The notes under the pieces were generated by a model. It was given only the letters and a program-made list of their open reading frames with translations, was not told the DNA's origin and ran no database searches. The position numbers and the translations under genes were made by a program. 64,000 bases of DNA, taken from an uncultured Fimbriimonadales bacterium (GTDB lineage Bacteria > Armatimonadota > Fimbriimonadia > Fimbriimonadales > GBS-DC). Each line of letters starts with the position of its first letter. The stretch's first letter is position 1. The DNA lies in the NCBI GenBank assembly GCA_937992175.1, contig CALKLF010000030.1, positions 1,367 through 65,366 of the forward strand. The letters are read 5' to 3'. This document shows, piece after piece, positions 35,339 through 43,065 of the stretch.

Positions 35339-36574
35339 CTACAATTGCCCGCTCTTGCCTGACGCCTTCAGACGCACTTCACTTCCGACGCGTTTTAGTT
35401 CAAAATTCTGGATTTGCTTGCCGAGGGAGAGCCGATAGGCTCCTAAAAAGCCTCGAAACCGCGCTACCCCCTGCGAGTCGGTAGTGAGGTTTTGCTTGGG
35501 TGTCCACCACTGCTCGCGAATGAGCTTCTTGAGGCGCTCGTAGGCAGGTTTGGGCGTGAGATCCGCGCGCAGCAGTCCTGCAGGCGCGCCCTGCCAAGCG
35601 TAGGCGTCCGCGAAATCCCACCATGTAATCGCCTCCACCGCAGGGTGCGAGAACAACAGCGTGTAAAACCGTTCCACATACTCTGCCTGACGCTGCTCGC
35701 CGTCGGGCGTGGAGTGCCACGGGCGCGGCAACTCCCAGCCGTGCTGTCCTGAGAGCACCGTGACCTCTGTGAAATGGAGCGGCTTGCCGAATGGCGCGTA
35801 GGTCTCGCACACCTCCCACACCCGCTCCAGCTTCCATTCGCCCGTATGCATATGCGACTGTATGCCGATTGCGTCAAGCGGGGCTTTGTGCTTGACGAGT
35901 TCCTCCACCAGTTTCTCGAACTCCGGGCTGAGGTTGTAATCGTTGTAGAGCAGGAAGGCTTTTGGGTTCGCCGCGCGCGCCCACTGCAGAGTCTCAAGGA
36001 CGACCTTCACGGCACCGTCGCGCGCGAGCCATGTGCCAATCCCATTCTCGAACCGCTGCCCGACGGTCGCCTCATTAATCACATCCCAGCGGTCGATAAG
36101 CCCCCGAAACTCGCGCACAATCTCGCGCACCCGATTGCGGAGCAAGGGCTTCACGGCGTCGGGGTCGTTCGTCGCCCAGCGAGGATAGACTTCGTGCCAC
36201 ACCAGAGGATGTCCCTTCGTAGCGATCCCGTGTTGCTTGCACCATTCGGCGATTCGTTTCTGGAGGTCGCGTCCCGTTTTCCGTCCCTGCTCAGGCTCAT
36301 ACGCGCCCCAGTAGAAGCCCAGTGTCGCATAGTTCAGCAGCTCACGGAAGCGTTGCGCATAAAGCGCGTGCTGCGCCTCGTCGAACTCGAACAGTGGAAA
36401 GATGTTCGCGCCAAACAAGAACGCATGGCGCGTCATCTCGACCTGTACGGTCTGCTCGCGGAGCGGTCTGCCGCGTGAGTCGACCACGCGGATTGTGCAA
36501 TCCGCCTTGCGATGGCGCTCGATGCGCTCCGACGCGCCCGCCAGCAGTTCCTGCGCCCTCGAGGAGAGTTGCAT
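35339..36574 (-). CDS. glycoside hydrolase family 10-like (endo-beta-1,4-xylanase-like)
   Basis: KGHPLVWH, WDVINEA (acid/base Glu), LYNDYN, GIQSHM and LHFTEVTV (nucleophile Glu). Confidence 0.78.
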   Translation of the reverse strand: MQLSSRAQELLAGASERIERHRKADCTIRVVDSRGRPLREQTVQVEMTRHAFLFGANIFPLFEFDEAQHALYAQRFRELLNYATLGFYWGAYEPEQGRKTGRDLQKRIAEWCKQHGIATKGHPLVWHEVYPRWATNDPDAVKPLLRNRVREIVREFRGLIDRWDVINEATVGQRFENGIGTWLARDGAVKVVLETLQWARAANPKAFLLYNDYNLSPEFEKLVEELVKHKAPLDAIGIQSHMHTGEWKLERVWEVCETYAPFGKPLHFTEVTVLSGQHGWELPRPWHSTPDGEQRQAEYVERFYTLLFSHPAVEAITWWDFADAYAWQGAPAGLLRADLTPKPAYERLKKLIREQWWTPKQNLTTDSQGVARFRGFLGAYRLSLGKQIQNFELKRVGSEVRLKASGKSGQL

Positions 36575-36642
36575 GACCCCTAATTTGGCGATGGGAAGCG
36601 ATTTCCCTGCAGTGGGGTATACTTGTGTCAGGGGTAAATCTG

Positions 36643-37485
36643 ATGGCGATTTCTAAGACGCCTGTTGAGGTAGAGCTGGTCGATGCAAGGCAGGTGCTGC
36701 AGCTGCATGCAATTGCGCAACTGCGACGGTTATTGCCCCTCTACGAAACGACCCACGACCCGCAACTCCTTGCCGAAATTCAGCGATGGACCGCCATGCT
36801 GCCTGAGGAGGACGGCATCCCGATGGAAAACTTCTGGCATTATCTCCAAATTGGTCTGCTGATCGAGCTGGTCAATCACCTCTGGCACGACCGCCGCGAC
36901 CACTTCGCGGCAGGGAATGTGTTCGTTTACTACAGTCCCGATCAGGCGGAGGATGTTGTGCGCAACCGCTCCACCGCCTACCGTGGACCCGACTTCTTTG
37001 TCGTGACGGGCATCGACGGCGACAAGCCGCGCGACAACTGGGTCGTATGGCTCGAGGGCAAGTATCCCGACCTGATTATCGAACTGCTCTCGGATACGAC
37101 CGCCGACAACGATAAAAACACCAAAAAAGACATCTACCAGAACATCTTTCGCACGCGCGAGTATTTCTGGCACGACGGCGACGCCGAGTTCGCGGGGTGG
37201 GAATTGAGAGACGGCGAGTATCAGCCGAAGACGCCCAACGAGCGCGGCTGGTTCTGGAGCGAGGTACTAAGCGCATGGATCGGGATTCATCGCAGCGTGT
37301 ACGAGCGACGCGCTTTCAACTGGCTGCGCCTGTTCGACCGTGACGGTCAACTGATACCAACCCAGGAAGAGGCAAAGCGTCAGGCGCAGCAGCAGGCGGA
37401 ACAGGAACGCCTCAAGCGCGAACAGGTGGAAGCCGAGTTAGAACGGCTTAAAGCACGGCTGCGCGGGTTGGGCGTGGAAGAGTAG
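36643..37485 (+). CDS. Uma2-family (DUF820) endonuclease-like protein with C-terminal coiled coil
   Basis: PDFFVV...PDLIIELLSDTTADNDKNTKKDIYQ...REYFWHD, the Uma2 PD-(D/E)xK-like core. ATG at 36643 (GTG 36625 is an alternative start). Confidence 0.75.
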   Translation: MAISKTPVEVELVDARQVLQLHAIAQLRRLLPLYETTHDPQLLAEIQRWTAMLPEEDGIPMENFWHYLQIGLLIELVNHLWHDRRDHFAAGNVFVYYSPDQAEDVVRNRSTAYRGPDFFVVTGIDGDKPRDNWVVWLEGKYPDLIIELLSDTTADNDKNTKKDIYQNIFRTREYFWHDGDAEFAGWELRDGEYQPKTPNERGWFWSEVLSAWIGIHRSVYERRAFNWLRLFDRDGQLIPTQEEAKRQAQQQAEQERLKREQVEAELERLKARLRGLGVEE

Positions 37486-37496
37486 CGCCTACAGGC

Positions 37497-38075
37497 TCAA
37501 CGACACACTTCCACCGCGTGCATCTCCACCAGCGGGCAGTTCGGGTCTGCGCTCACCCCGCACTGTAAGCAGACATCCATCGCTTTCAGCGTGCCCGACT
37601 CGACCCCCGCGCGGATGAACGCGCTCAAGCCGTTGATGAACGCATGGCGCTCCGCCTGATCCATCTGCGCCAGCACCGTTGCGAACCGCTGGCGACGCTC
37701 CTGATCGACGCGCTGAATGAGGGCGCGCCCTGCCTCCGTAAGTGTTAGCCCCACCTGACGCCGATCGCGCGGATTCGCCACGCGCCGAATCAGCTCTTTT
37801 TTCTCCAGACGATGCACCATATTCGTCGCCGAGGGGTAGGAGATGTTCAATCCCTCAGCCAGATCGCCCACGGTGACGCGCCGATGCGTGTGCAGATAGC
37901 GCAACGCCTGCATCTGCGAGTATGTGAGGTCGGACTCAGCCAGCTCTTCCAGCAACTTTTCGCCAATGGAGGTATACATTGCTTGCAGGAACACCTGCGC
38001 GACCAGTTCCGCGTGGTTTAATAACTCCTCCGTCAGCGCAACGGGCAATTTGATAGGTTCCTTCACCGATCTCAC
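37497..38075 (-). CDS. MarR-family transcriptional regulator with Cys-rich C-terminal tail
   Basis: LTYSQMQALRYL...VGDLAEGLNISYPSATNMVHRLEKKELIRRVANPRDRRQ (winged HTH). Tail CLQCGVSADPNCPLVEMHAVEVC. GTG 38075 is chosen because the longer ORF translates a repeat. Confidence 0.8.
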   Translation of the reverse strand: MRSVKEPIKLPVALTEELLNHAELVAQVFLQAMYTSIGEKLLEELAESDLTYSQMQALRYLHTHRRVTVGDLAEGLNISYPSATNMVHRLEKKELIRRVANPRDRRQVGLTLTEAGRALIQRVDQERRQRFATVLAQMDQAERHAFINGLSAFIRAGVESGTLKAMDVCLQCGVSADPNCPLVEMHAVEVCR

Positions 38076-38123
38076 CTGCGTTAAGGATACCCCAAAAAGT
38101 GTAGCGTGGCTAAATAAATCGCT

Positions 38124-38162
38124 CCCTCTCCCACGCCGTGGGAGAGGGGCTGGGGTGAGGGC
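38124..38162. repeat. GC-rich hairpin element directly 3' of a stop codon
   Basis: ccctctcccacgccgtgggagagggg + ctggggtgagggc. It ends 2 nt from the stop at 38165-38167. Confidence 0.8.
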
Positions 38163-38164
38163 AA

Positions 38165-39733
38165 TCAGCAACCCGCCCCGAAGTTGAACAGCACGATGAG
38201 CAGGTCCGCATCGTCCACCACGCCGTCGCTGTTCACATCGGCTTCGGCATTGCTGCCGCCAAAAGCGAACAGCACGCTCAGCAGGTCGGCGTCATCCACG
38301 CAGCCGTCGGCGTTTACATCGCCCTGCACGGGCAGATACAGGCACACATTATCCACGCGCACGGGATTAATGTCAGTCGCGATGTTGCTCAGCGTCTCAC
38401 GGTAGCCGATGTAGAAGCTGCCCACCAGCCCTATAGCGGTAGTGCCCGTAATCGCAATCGGGTTGCTGGGGTCGGCGTAGAACAGCCCTTTCACCTGACC
38501 GTCGCTCATCACTTCAAGGCGCAGCCGATACCAGCCCGCGCTCAGTCCGGAGAGGTCGATGCTGCCGTAAGTTGTCCAGCTGGAAGACGGGCCTGTCGCG
38601 CCCGCATCCACGAGATAGAGCTTTGACTCGTCTGGATGATCCGTGCGTCCGAAAGAGCGTCGGAACACCCAGCCCACGCCCGACATGCCGTTCGCGCTGG
38701 CGGCAATCAGCGGGTGGTTATGCACGCTTTCGGGCGAACCGAGCAAGCCAATCATCCATGTCTCCACGCGCGTATTGGGCGGCGCAGCAGGGTTGATGTA
38801 GATTTGCAGGTCATAGCCCGCCGTGCCGTTTTCGAACACGGAGTTCGCAATCGCCACGTTGCCGCCGCCTGTCCAGTCGTACACCATCATCGCCTTGCCG
38901 CCGCTCGGAGAAACAGGAATCGCGTTCGGGTTGAAACCGGTGGTCGCCGTTCGGTCGCCCTGCGTCGGGTCAACAATACGTGGGTTGCGGTAGGAGCCAG
39001 TGAACTCGGCGGGGGCGTCGCCTACATTGTAGTTGTCAAAGTTCAGGCACAGGCGGCTGGTCAGCGCGGGCAGATTGTTTGACGCGCCCGGAGTGGGGCG
39101 GAAGTGCCCGAAGTCGCGCCCATTCACATTCGTATCGTACCCGTCGCGCCAGCGACCGATGGTCATAAAGGCATCGTCGGTGGTTGTACCTGCTTCCAGA
39201 CTCTGGTAGTTGCCCCACAACCCGCCGCCGAGTTGCGGAATGATGTCGGCAGGAACCCAGCCCGTAATCGCGGAGCGGTTCACTTCATACGCCACGGCGT
39301 CGACCACCGTGCGTGGGTCGCCTGGAATAATCAGCGCAATCCACTCGTTGTCGTTCTCAATGACGCCTGCTGTGCCTGGGTTAAAAATCTGGTTCACACA
39401 ACCGCCGCAGCGTGTGTTCAAGTTGGGCGTGCCCAATACATAGAACTGACCCGGCTGCAGAATCACCTGTCGGTCGGGCGTGCCGTCGCCGTCGTCGTCG
39501 CCAATCACAAAGTCGCGGTTGTTGTCGCCCGTCAGCTGGTCGCCGCAGTCCACAATCCAGCCTGTGATGTCTACAGCGACGGTATCCGCGTTGTAGAGTT
39601 CGATGAACTCGAGGTCGTCGGAGCCAGTGTCGTCGTAGGCGAACTCGTTAATCACGATGCGCGGTTGCGCCAGCGCCACGCCGCTTGCGCATGCAAGCGC
39701 GAGAGTAAAGCCCAAGAATCGCTTCATCGCCAT
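38165..39733 (-). CDS. secreted lamin-tail-domain (LTD) protein with C-terminal dockerin-like double repeat
   Basis: Signal MKRFLGFTLALACASGVALAQP. IVINEFAYDDTGSDDLEFIELYN (LTD). C-terminus DVNADGCVDDADLLSVLFAFG...DVNSDGVVDDADLLIVLFNFGAGC. AAGGAGG upstream; the ATG is at 39733 or 39727. Confidence 0.8.
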   Translation of the reverse strand: MAMKRFLGFTLALACASGVALAQPRIVINEFAYDDTGSDDLEFIELYNADTVAVDITGWIVDCGDQLTGDNNRDFVIGDDDGDGTPDRQVILQPGQFYVLGTPNLNTRCGGCVNQIFNPGTAGVIENDNEWIALIIPGDPRTVVDAVAYEVNRSAITGWVPADIIPQLGGGLWGNYQSLEAGTTTDDAFMTIGRWRDGYDTNVNGRDFGHFRPTPGASNNLPALTSRLCLNFDNYNVGDAPAEFTGSYRNPRIVDPTQGDRTATTGFNPNAIPVSPSGGKAMMVYDWTGGGNVAIANSVFENGTAGYDLQIYINPAAPPNTRVETWMIGLLGSPESVHNHPLIAASANGMSGVGWVFRRSFGRTDHPDESKLYLVDAGATGPSSSWTTYGSIDLSGLSAGWYRLRLEVMSDGQVKGLFYADPSNPIAITGTTAIGLVGSFYIGYRETLSNIATDINPVRVDNVCLYLPVQGDVNADGCVDDADLLSVLFAFGGSNAEADVNSDGVVDDADLLIVLFNFGAGC

Positions 39734-39901
39734 AAGCCTCCTTTCGTTGGTGTGCGAGGGTAAACTCGCCAAATATCATTATACCCCCAGTCTGCTATCG
39801 AATCTGAGAGCGTGTATGTGAAGTGTTGCTTGAAGTTTTCACGAGCTGCGAACCTATCGCGTGAACTCTTGATGGCTGAAGCCGTTCCTGAGCACACGAA
39901 G

Positions 39902-40102
39902 CCCGCCTTCGCGGGGTATAGCCGACGCAGGTCGGCTTTGTGTGCATACGAACAGCTTACGGATTTTGTATCAATAACCGTCCAGTGTGCCCAAGCGAAT
40001 GAATTCGCCCCCACCCACTCGAAAAACCCGCCTACGCGGGTTTTGAGAACCCCGCGCAGGCGGGGTTTCTCGATTGGATGGGCGCGAATTCATTCGCTTG
40101 AG
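39902..40102. repeat. cluster of four short tetraloop hairpins plus a ~20-bp inverted repeat
   Basis: Four hairpins: cccgc-cttc-gcggg (39902-39915), agccgac-gcag-gtcggct (39920-39937), aaaacccgc-ctac-gcgggtttt (40023-40044) and aaccccgc-gcag-gcggggtt (40048-40067). The last two are enclosed by ccaagcgaatgaattcgccc (39991-40010) / gggcgcgaattcattcgcttg (40080-40100). Confidence 0.75.
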
Positions 40103-40259
40103 ACTATGAGTAGAACAGCGGTCAACTATTTATTCAAATCTCATCGGCTGTATTGGTCCACTTTTCCTCCACGCGCCATCAGTGCTTGAAGATTTTTTAA
40201 AGTACTACTTCCTATACACGCTTTGAGCGACGAACCCCACAATTACTGAGGAGATCCTT

Positions 40260-40520
40260 ATGACGCGCGACGAGGAAGAGTGATTACTGCAACGGATTAC
40301 TACGAACCCCGAAATTTTTGGGGGCGAGCCGATTATTCGGGGGCGACGCTTGGCAGTTGAGCATATATTCAGCATGCTGGCGGCGGGCGACTCGCCTGAA
40401 ACTATCTTGCAAGGCTATCCGTGGCTGGAACTGGACGATATCCGCGCCTGCATGGTCTACGCGCGGCGACTGGTAGGGCGAGAGCGCGTGGAGCCGTTCG
40501 TTCTCCACTCTGGCTTATAA
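40260..40520 (+). pseudogene. DUF433-family (antitoxin-like) gene interrupted by in-frame TGA at 40281-40283
   Basis: GAGGAG SD, then ATG 40260, then MTRDEEE, TGA, and LLQRITTNPEIFGGEPIIRGRRLAVEHIFSMLAAGDSPETILQGYPWLELDDIRACMVYA (the DUF433 signature I..dPei.gG.P.IrGtR..V). The ORF track misses it because there is no ATG after the TGA. Confidence 0.6.
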
Positions 40521-40668
40521 AGCGATGGACAGCAACTGCGTCAGGGGGCGTTGATTACGGTTGAAGCTACCGAAAGCGAATACGACACTCTGAGGATTGA
40601 GCAACGGTAGCTCTGGTGCGACGCTTCACCGCGTGCTATTATGCCCCTGTCAAGGTACACTCCTGTTT

Positions 40669-41235
40669 ATGCGCTGGCTGAGTGCAATCCTGGTGCTGAT
40701 GGGCGTGTGCCTGTATGCACAACCGCAGCAGGGCGGACAGATCCAGTTCGGCAAGGTGCGAATTAACTACGACACGCTGGTCTCCACACGGCGCGTCAAG
40801 GGCGACCAGGTGGAGATTCAGGTGCGGGGCGGGCGGGGCGTTCCCGTGCGCGTGGAGTCGCCCGAACAGTATTTCATCATGAGCTGCGCGCAGTTGAAAG
40901 CGACGCTCGCGCCCGACGAGGGGAATCGGCTCACCGTGCGCAGCGCGGAAGCCACTGGGCAAGTCAACTTCCGCTATGACCGCTCCAACCCGCTCAGCCG
41001 TCTGAACGGAACCGCGCGGCGCGTGCTGTACGACGGGCAACAGCAAACCGTGACCTTTGAGGGCGATGTGGCGTTAGACGGCGAAGACGAGTTTTATCTC
41101 ATGCGCTGGCGCAACAACGAGCGGATTGTGGTGTTTCTGGAAGAAGACATTCAGCGCGTGGAAGCCCAATCGCAGACGCGCGACGGTAAACCCGTCGGCG
41201 AAATGGTTATCGAGCCGAAGCGGAGAACCCCCTAA
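40669..41235 (+). CDS. hypothetical secreted protein, possibly LptA/OstA-like fold
   Basis: Signal MRWLSAILVLMGVCLYAQP. Beta-rich sequence with an ...ARRVLYDGQQQTVTFEGDVAL pattern reminiscent of OstA_N. TACACT at 40656-40661 lies 7 nt before the ATG. Confidence 0.45.
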   Translation: MRWLSAILVLMGVCLYAQPQQGGQIQFGKVRINYDTLVSTRRVKGDQVEIQVRGGRGVPVRVESPEQYFIMSCAQLKATLAPDEGNRLTVRSAEATGQVNFRYDRSNPLSRLNGTARRVLYDGQQQTVTFEGDVALDGEDEFYLMRWRNNERIVVFLEEDIQRVEAQSQTRDGKPVGEMVIEPKRRTP

Positions 41236-41281
41236 TTTCAGGTATCCTATACAGGGGCGGAGGGAGCGAAGGAGGACAACT

Positions 41282-42463
41282 ATGCGAAACACGCTGGAGA
41301 TGTTGAAGCACTTCAAATCGGAGCGGTATCTGACCACCACGCTGTATCTGAGTATGACGCCTGACCAGCGCGCCACACGCCCGCCGAAGTATCGCATTCG
41401 GCTTAAGACGCTCATCAATCAGCTCAGCCACTGGCTGGACGACCATCCGGTGTCGGCGGAGGCGCGCGAGTCGATTCGCGAGGATTTCCGCAGGCTGGAA
41501 GATTTCGTGGAGGAGCCGTCGAACCTGCTGGGCGAGAACTCACTGCCCGTGCGCGGGCTGGCGGCGTTCGTCTGCTCTGGCGAAGGGCTGTTCCAGACCG
41601 TGCTGCTGCCCTATGTGGAGCGCAACACGCTGGTGGTCGACCAGACGCCCTATGTGCGTCGCCTGTTCGCGGTAGAAGCCGACTTCGGCGTGAACCTCGT
41701 GGCGGTGTTTGACAACCGCGACGCCTATTTTTATCAGATCGATATTCATGGCATTCAGCCGCTGGACGCTTTCAGTTTTGTGAAGGATCGCGAGATTTTG
41801 CCGCCGGGTGTGCATGGCGTGCGCACCCCGAGCGGGCTGACGGCGCAGCACGGGATGGGCGAGCGGAATGTGCAGATGCTCAAGCAGCACGAGCAGCATC
41901 AGCACCTGCGCAAAATCGCCGACACGATTCGGGAGCTTCGCCGCACCCATCCGTTCGACCGCCTGATTATCGCTGCGCCTGACGAGTTGGCGAGCGCGTT
42001 CCCCAGCTATCTGCACGACTATGTGCGCCGCGCCTATGCGGGACGGATTCAGGCGCATGACAAGACGCCCATCAATCAGATTTACGAGCGCGTGCTGGAT
42101 CGGCTGCTGGAACTGGATCACGAACAGGAGATGCAGTTGCTGCAGGAGTTGAACGAGGCGACGCCCACGATGAAAGCGATAGAGCTGCCCGCCGTGTTGC
42201 GCGCGCTGGAGTGGGGCAATGTGCGCGTGTTGTTGTACGACACAGAATTCACCCAGCCTGGAGCGATATTCTACCCCTCTGGCGTGATTGGACTGACGCC
42301 TGAGGACGCGCCGGAGGGCACGGTCTCCATCTGGCAGATGCCCGATATTGTGGACACGGTGCTGGAGCGCGCGCTGGAGCAGGGCGCGCAGGTGGAGACC
42401 GTGCATGGCGAGGCGCGCGAGCGGATTCAGGGCGTCAGCGCGCTGCTGCGCTACCCGATGTAG
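41282..42463 (+). CDS. eRF1/Pelota-like protein (bacterial archaeo-eukaryotic release factor, baeRF-type)
   Basis: GGAGG at 41271-41275. N-terminus ...YLTTTLYLSMTPDQR..., central ...GLAAFVCSGEGLFQTVLLP and C-terminal ...VETVHGEARERIQGVSALLRY match my recollection of baeRF families. Confidence 0.55.
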   Translation: MRNTLEMLKHFKSERYLTTTLYLSMTPDQRATRPPKYRIRLKTLINQLSHWLDDHPVSAEARESIREDFRRLEDFVEEPSNLLGENSLPVRGLAAFVCSGEGLFQTVLLPYVERNTLVVDQTPYVRRLFAVEADFGVNLVAVFDNRDAYFYQIDIHGIQPLDAFSFVKDREILPPGVHGVRTPSGLTAQHGMGERNVQMLKQHEQHQHLRKIADTIRELRRTHPFDRLIIAAPDELASAFPSYLHDYVRRAYAGRIQAHDKTPINQIYERVLDRLLELDHEQEMQLLQELNEATPTMKAIELPAVLRALEWGNVRVLLYDTEFTQPGAIFYPSGVIGLTPEDAPEGTVSIWQMPDIVDTVLERALEQGAQVETVHGEARERIQGVSALLRYPM

Positions 42464-42595
42464 GCGGTTTTGGGTGCGACGACATTCCTGTCGTCGCGCC
42501 GTGTGTGGCGTTGGCGCGCCCACCGACAGTTACGTTTAGAGGCGGTTTTGGGTGCGACGACAAGAATGTCGTCGCACCATTTGTTCAAAACCGCC
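42462..42595. repeat. two direct copies of a hairpin repeat at a convergent gene junction
   Basis: aggcggttttgggtgcgacgaca-ttcc/agaa-tgtcgtcgc at 42462-42497 and 42540-42575. The second copy is extended by the outer stem ggcggtttt / aaaaccgcc (to 42595). Confidence 0.8.
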
Positions 42596-43052
42596 GTCGG
42601 CGCGTGGGTTTAGGCGGCTCTGGAAGTTGATTCGAAAGCCAGCGAATGACGCCGAACACTGCGCCGCCGCCCAGCAGCAGGAACGCGCCCAACAGCGCGA
42701 ACCCACGCCAGAGCGAATGCTTGCCCTGATTCAGGTCGTGCGAGGCTTCCTGAATGACCTGCGCCCCGTCGATCGCGGGTGAAATGCCCGTGGTACCCTG
42801 TTTCGCGCCCTCGGAGCCGATGACCAGCGTCTCAGGCACGCCCGCAGGCGCGTTGCGCGTCACCGCTTCCTCAGTCACGCTCGGCGTATCGCCCTTGGGT
42901 GCAATCACCTCAGGACTCGCCTGAATCGCAGGCGCGTTATCGTACTGCTTCCACCAGTCAGGGCGTTCATTCGGGCTGCGTCCCTCGGTCGCAATGCCCC
43001 AGCTCAGCGCAATGGAAGCTGCGCACAGTATTCCCAGAATCCAGTTTCGCAT
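42585..43052 (-). CDS. hypothetical protein with N-terminal signal and C-terminal TM anchor (last gene of the pseudopilin operon)
   Basis: A 155-aa ORF, 13 nt downstream of the PilX-like gene. Confidence 0.55.
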   Translation of the reverse strand: MRNWILGILCAASIALSWGIATEGRSPNERPDWWKQYDNAPAIQASPEVIAPKGDTPSVTEEAVTRNAPAGVPETLVIGSEGAKQGTTGISPAIDGAQVIQEASHDLNQGKHSLWRGFALLGAFLLLGGGAVFGVIRWLSNQLPEPPKPTRRRRF

Positions 43053-43065
43053 CGTATCCTCCCCG

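Noticed and set aside
40521-40668. A toxin partner (DUF5615/PIN-like) downstream of the DUF433 remnant.
   Set aside because: Only short stop-interrupted frames are present (for example MDSNCVRGR*), with no recognisable motif. The region also holds the promoter of the next gene.
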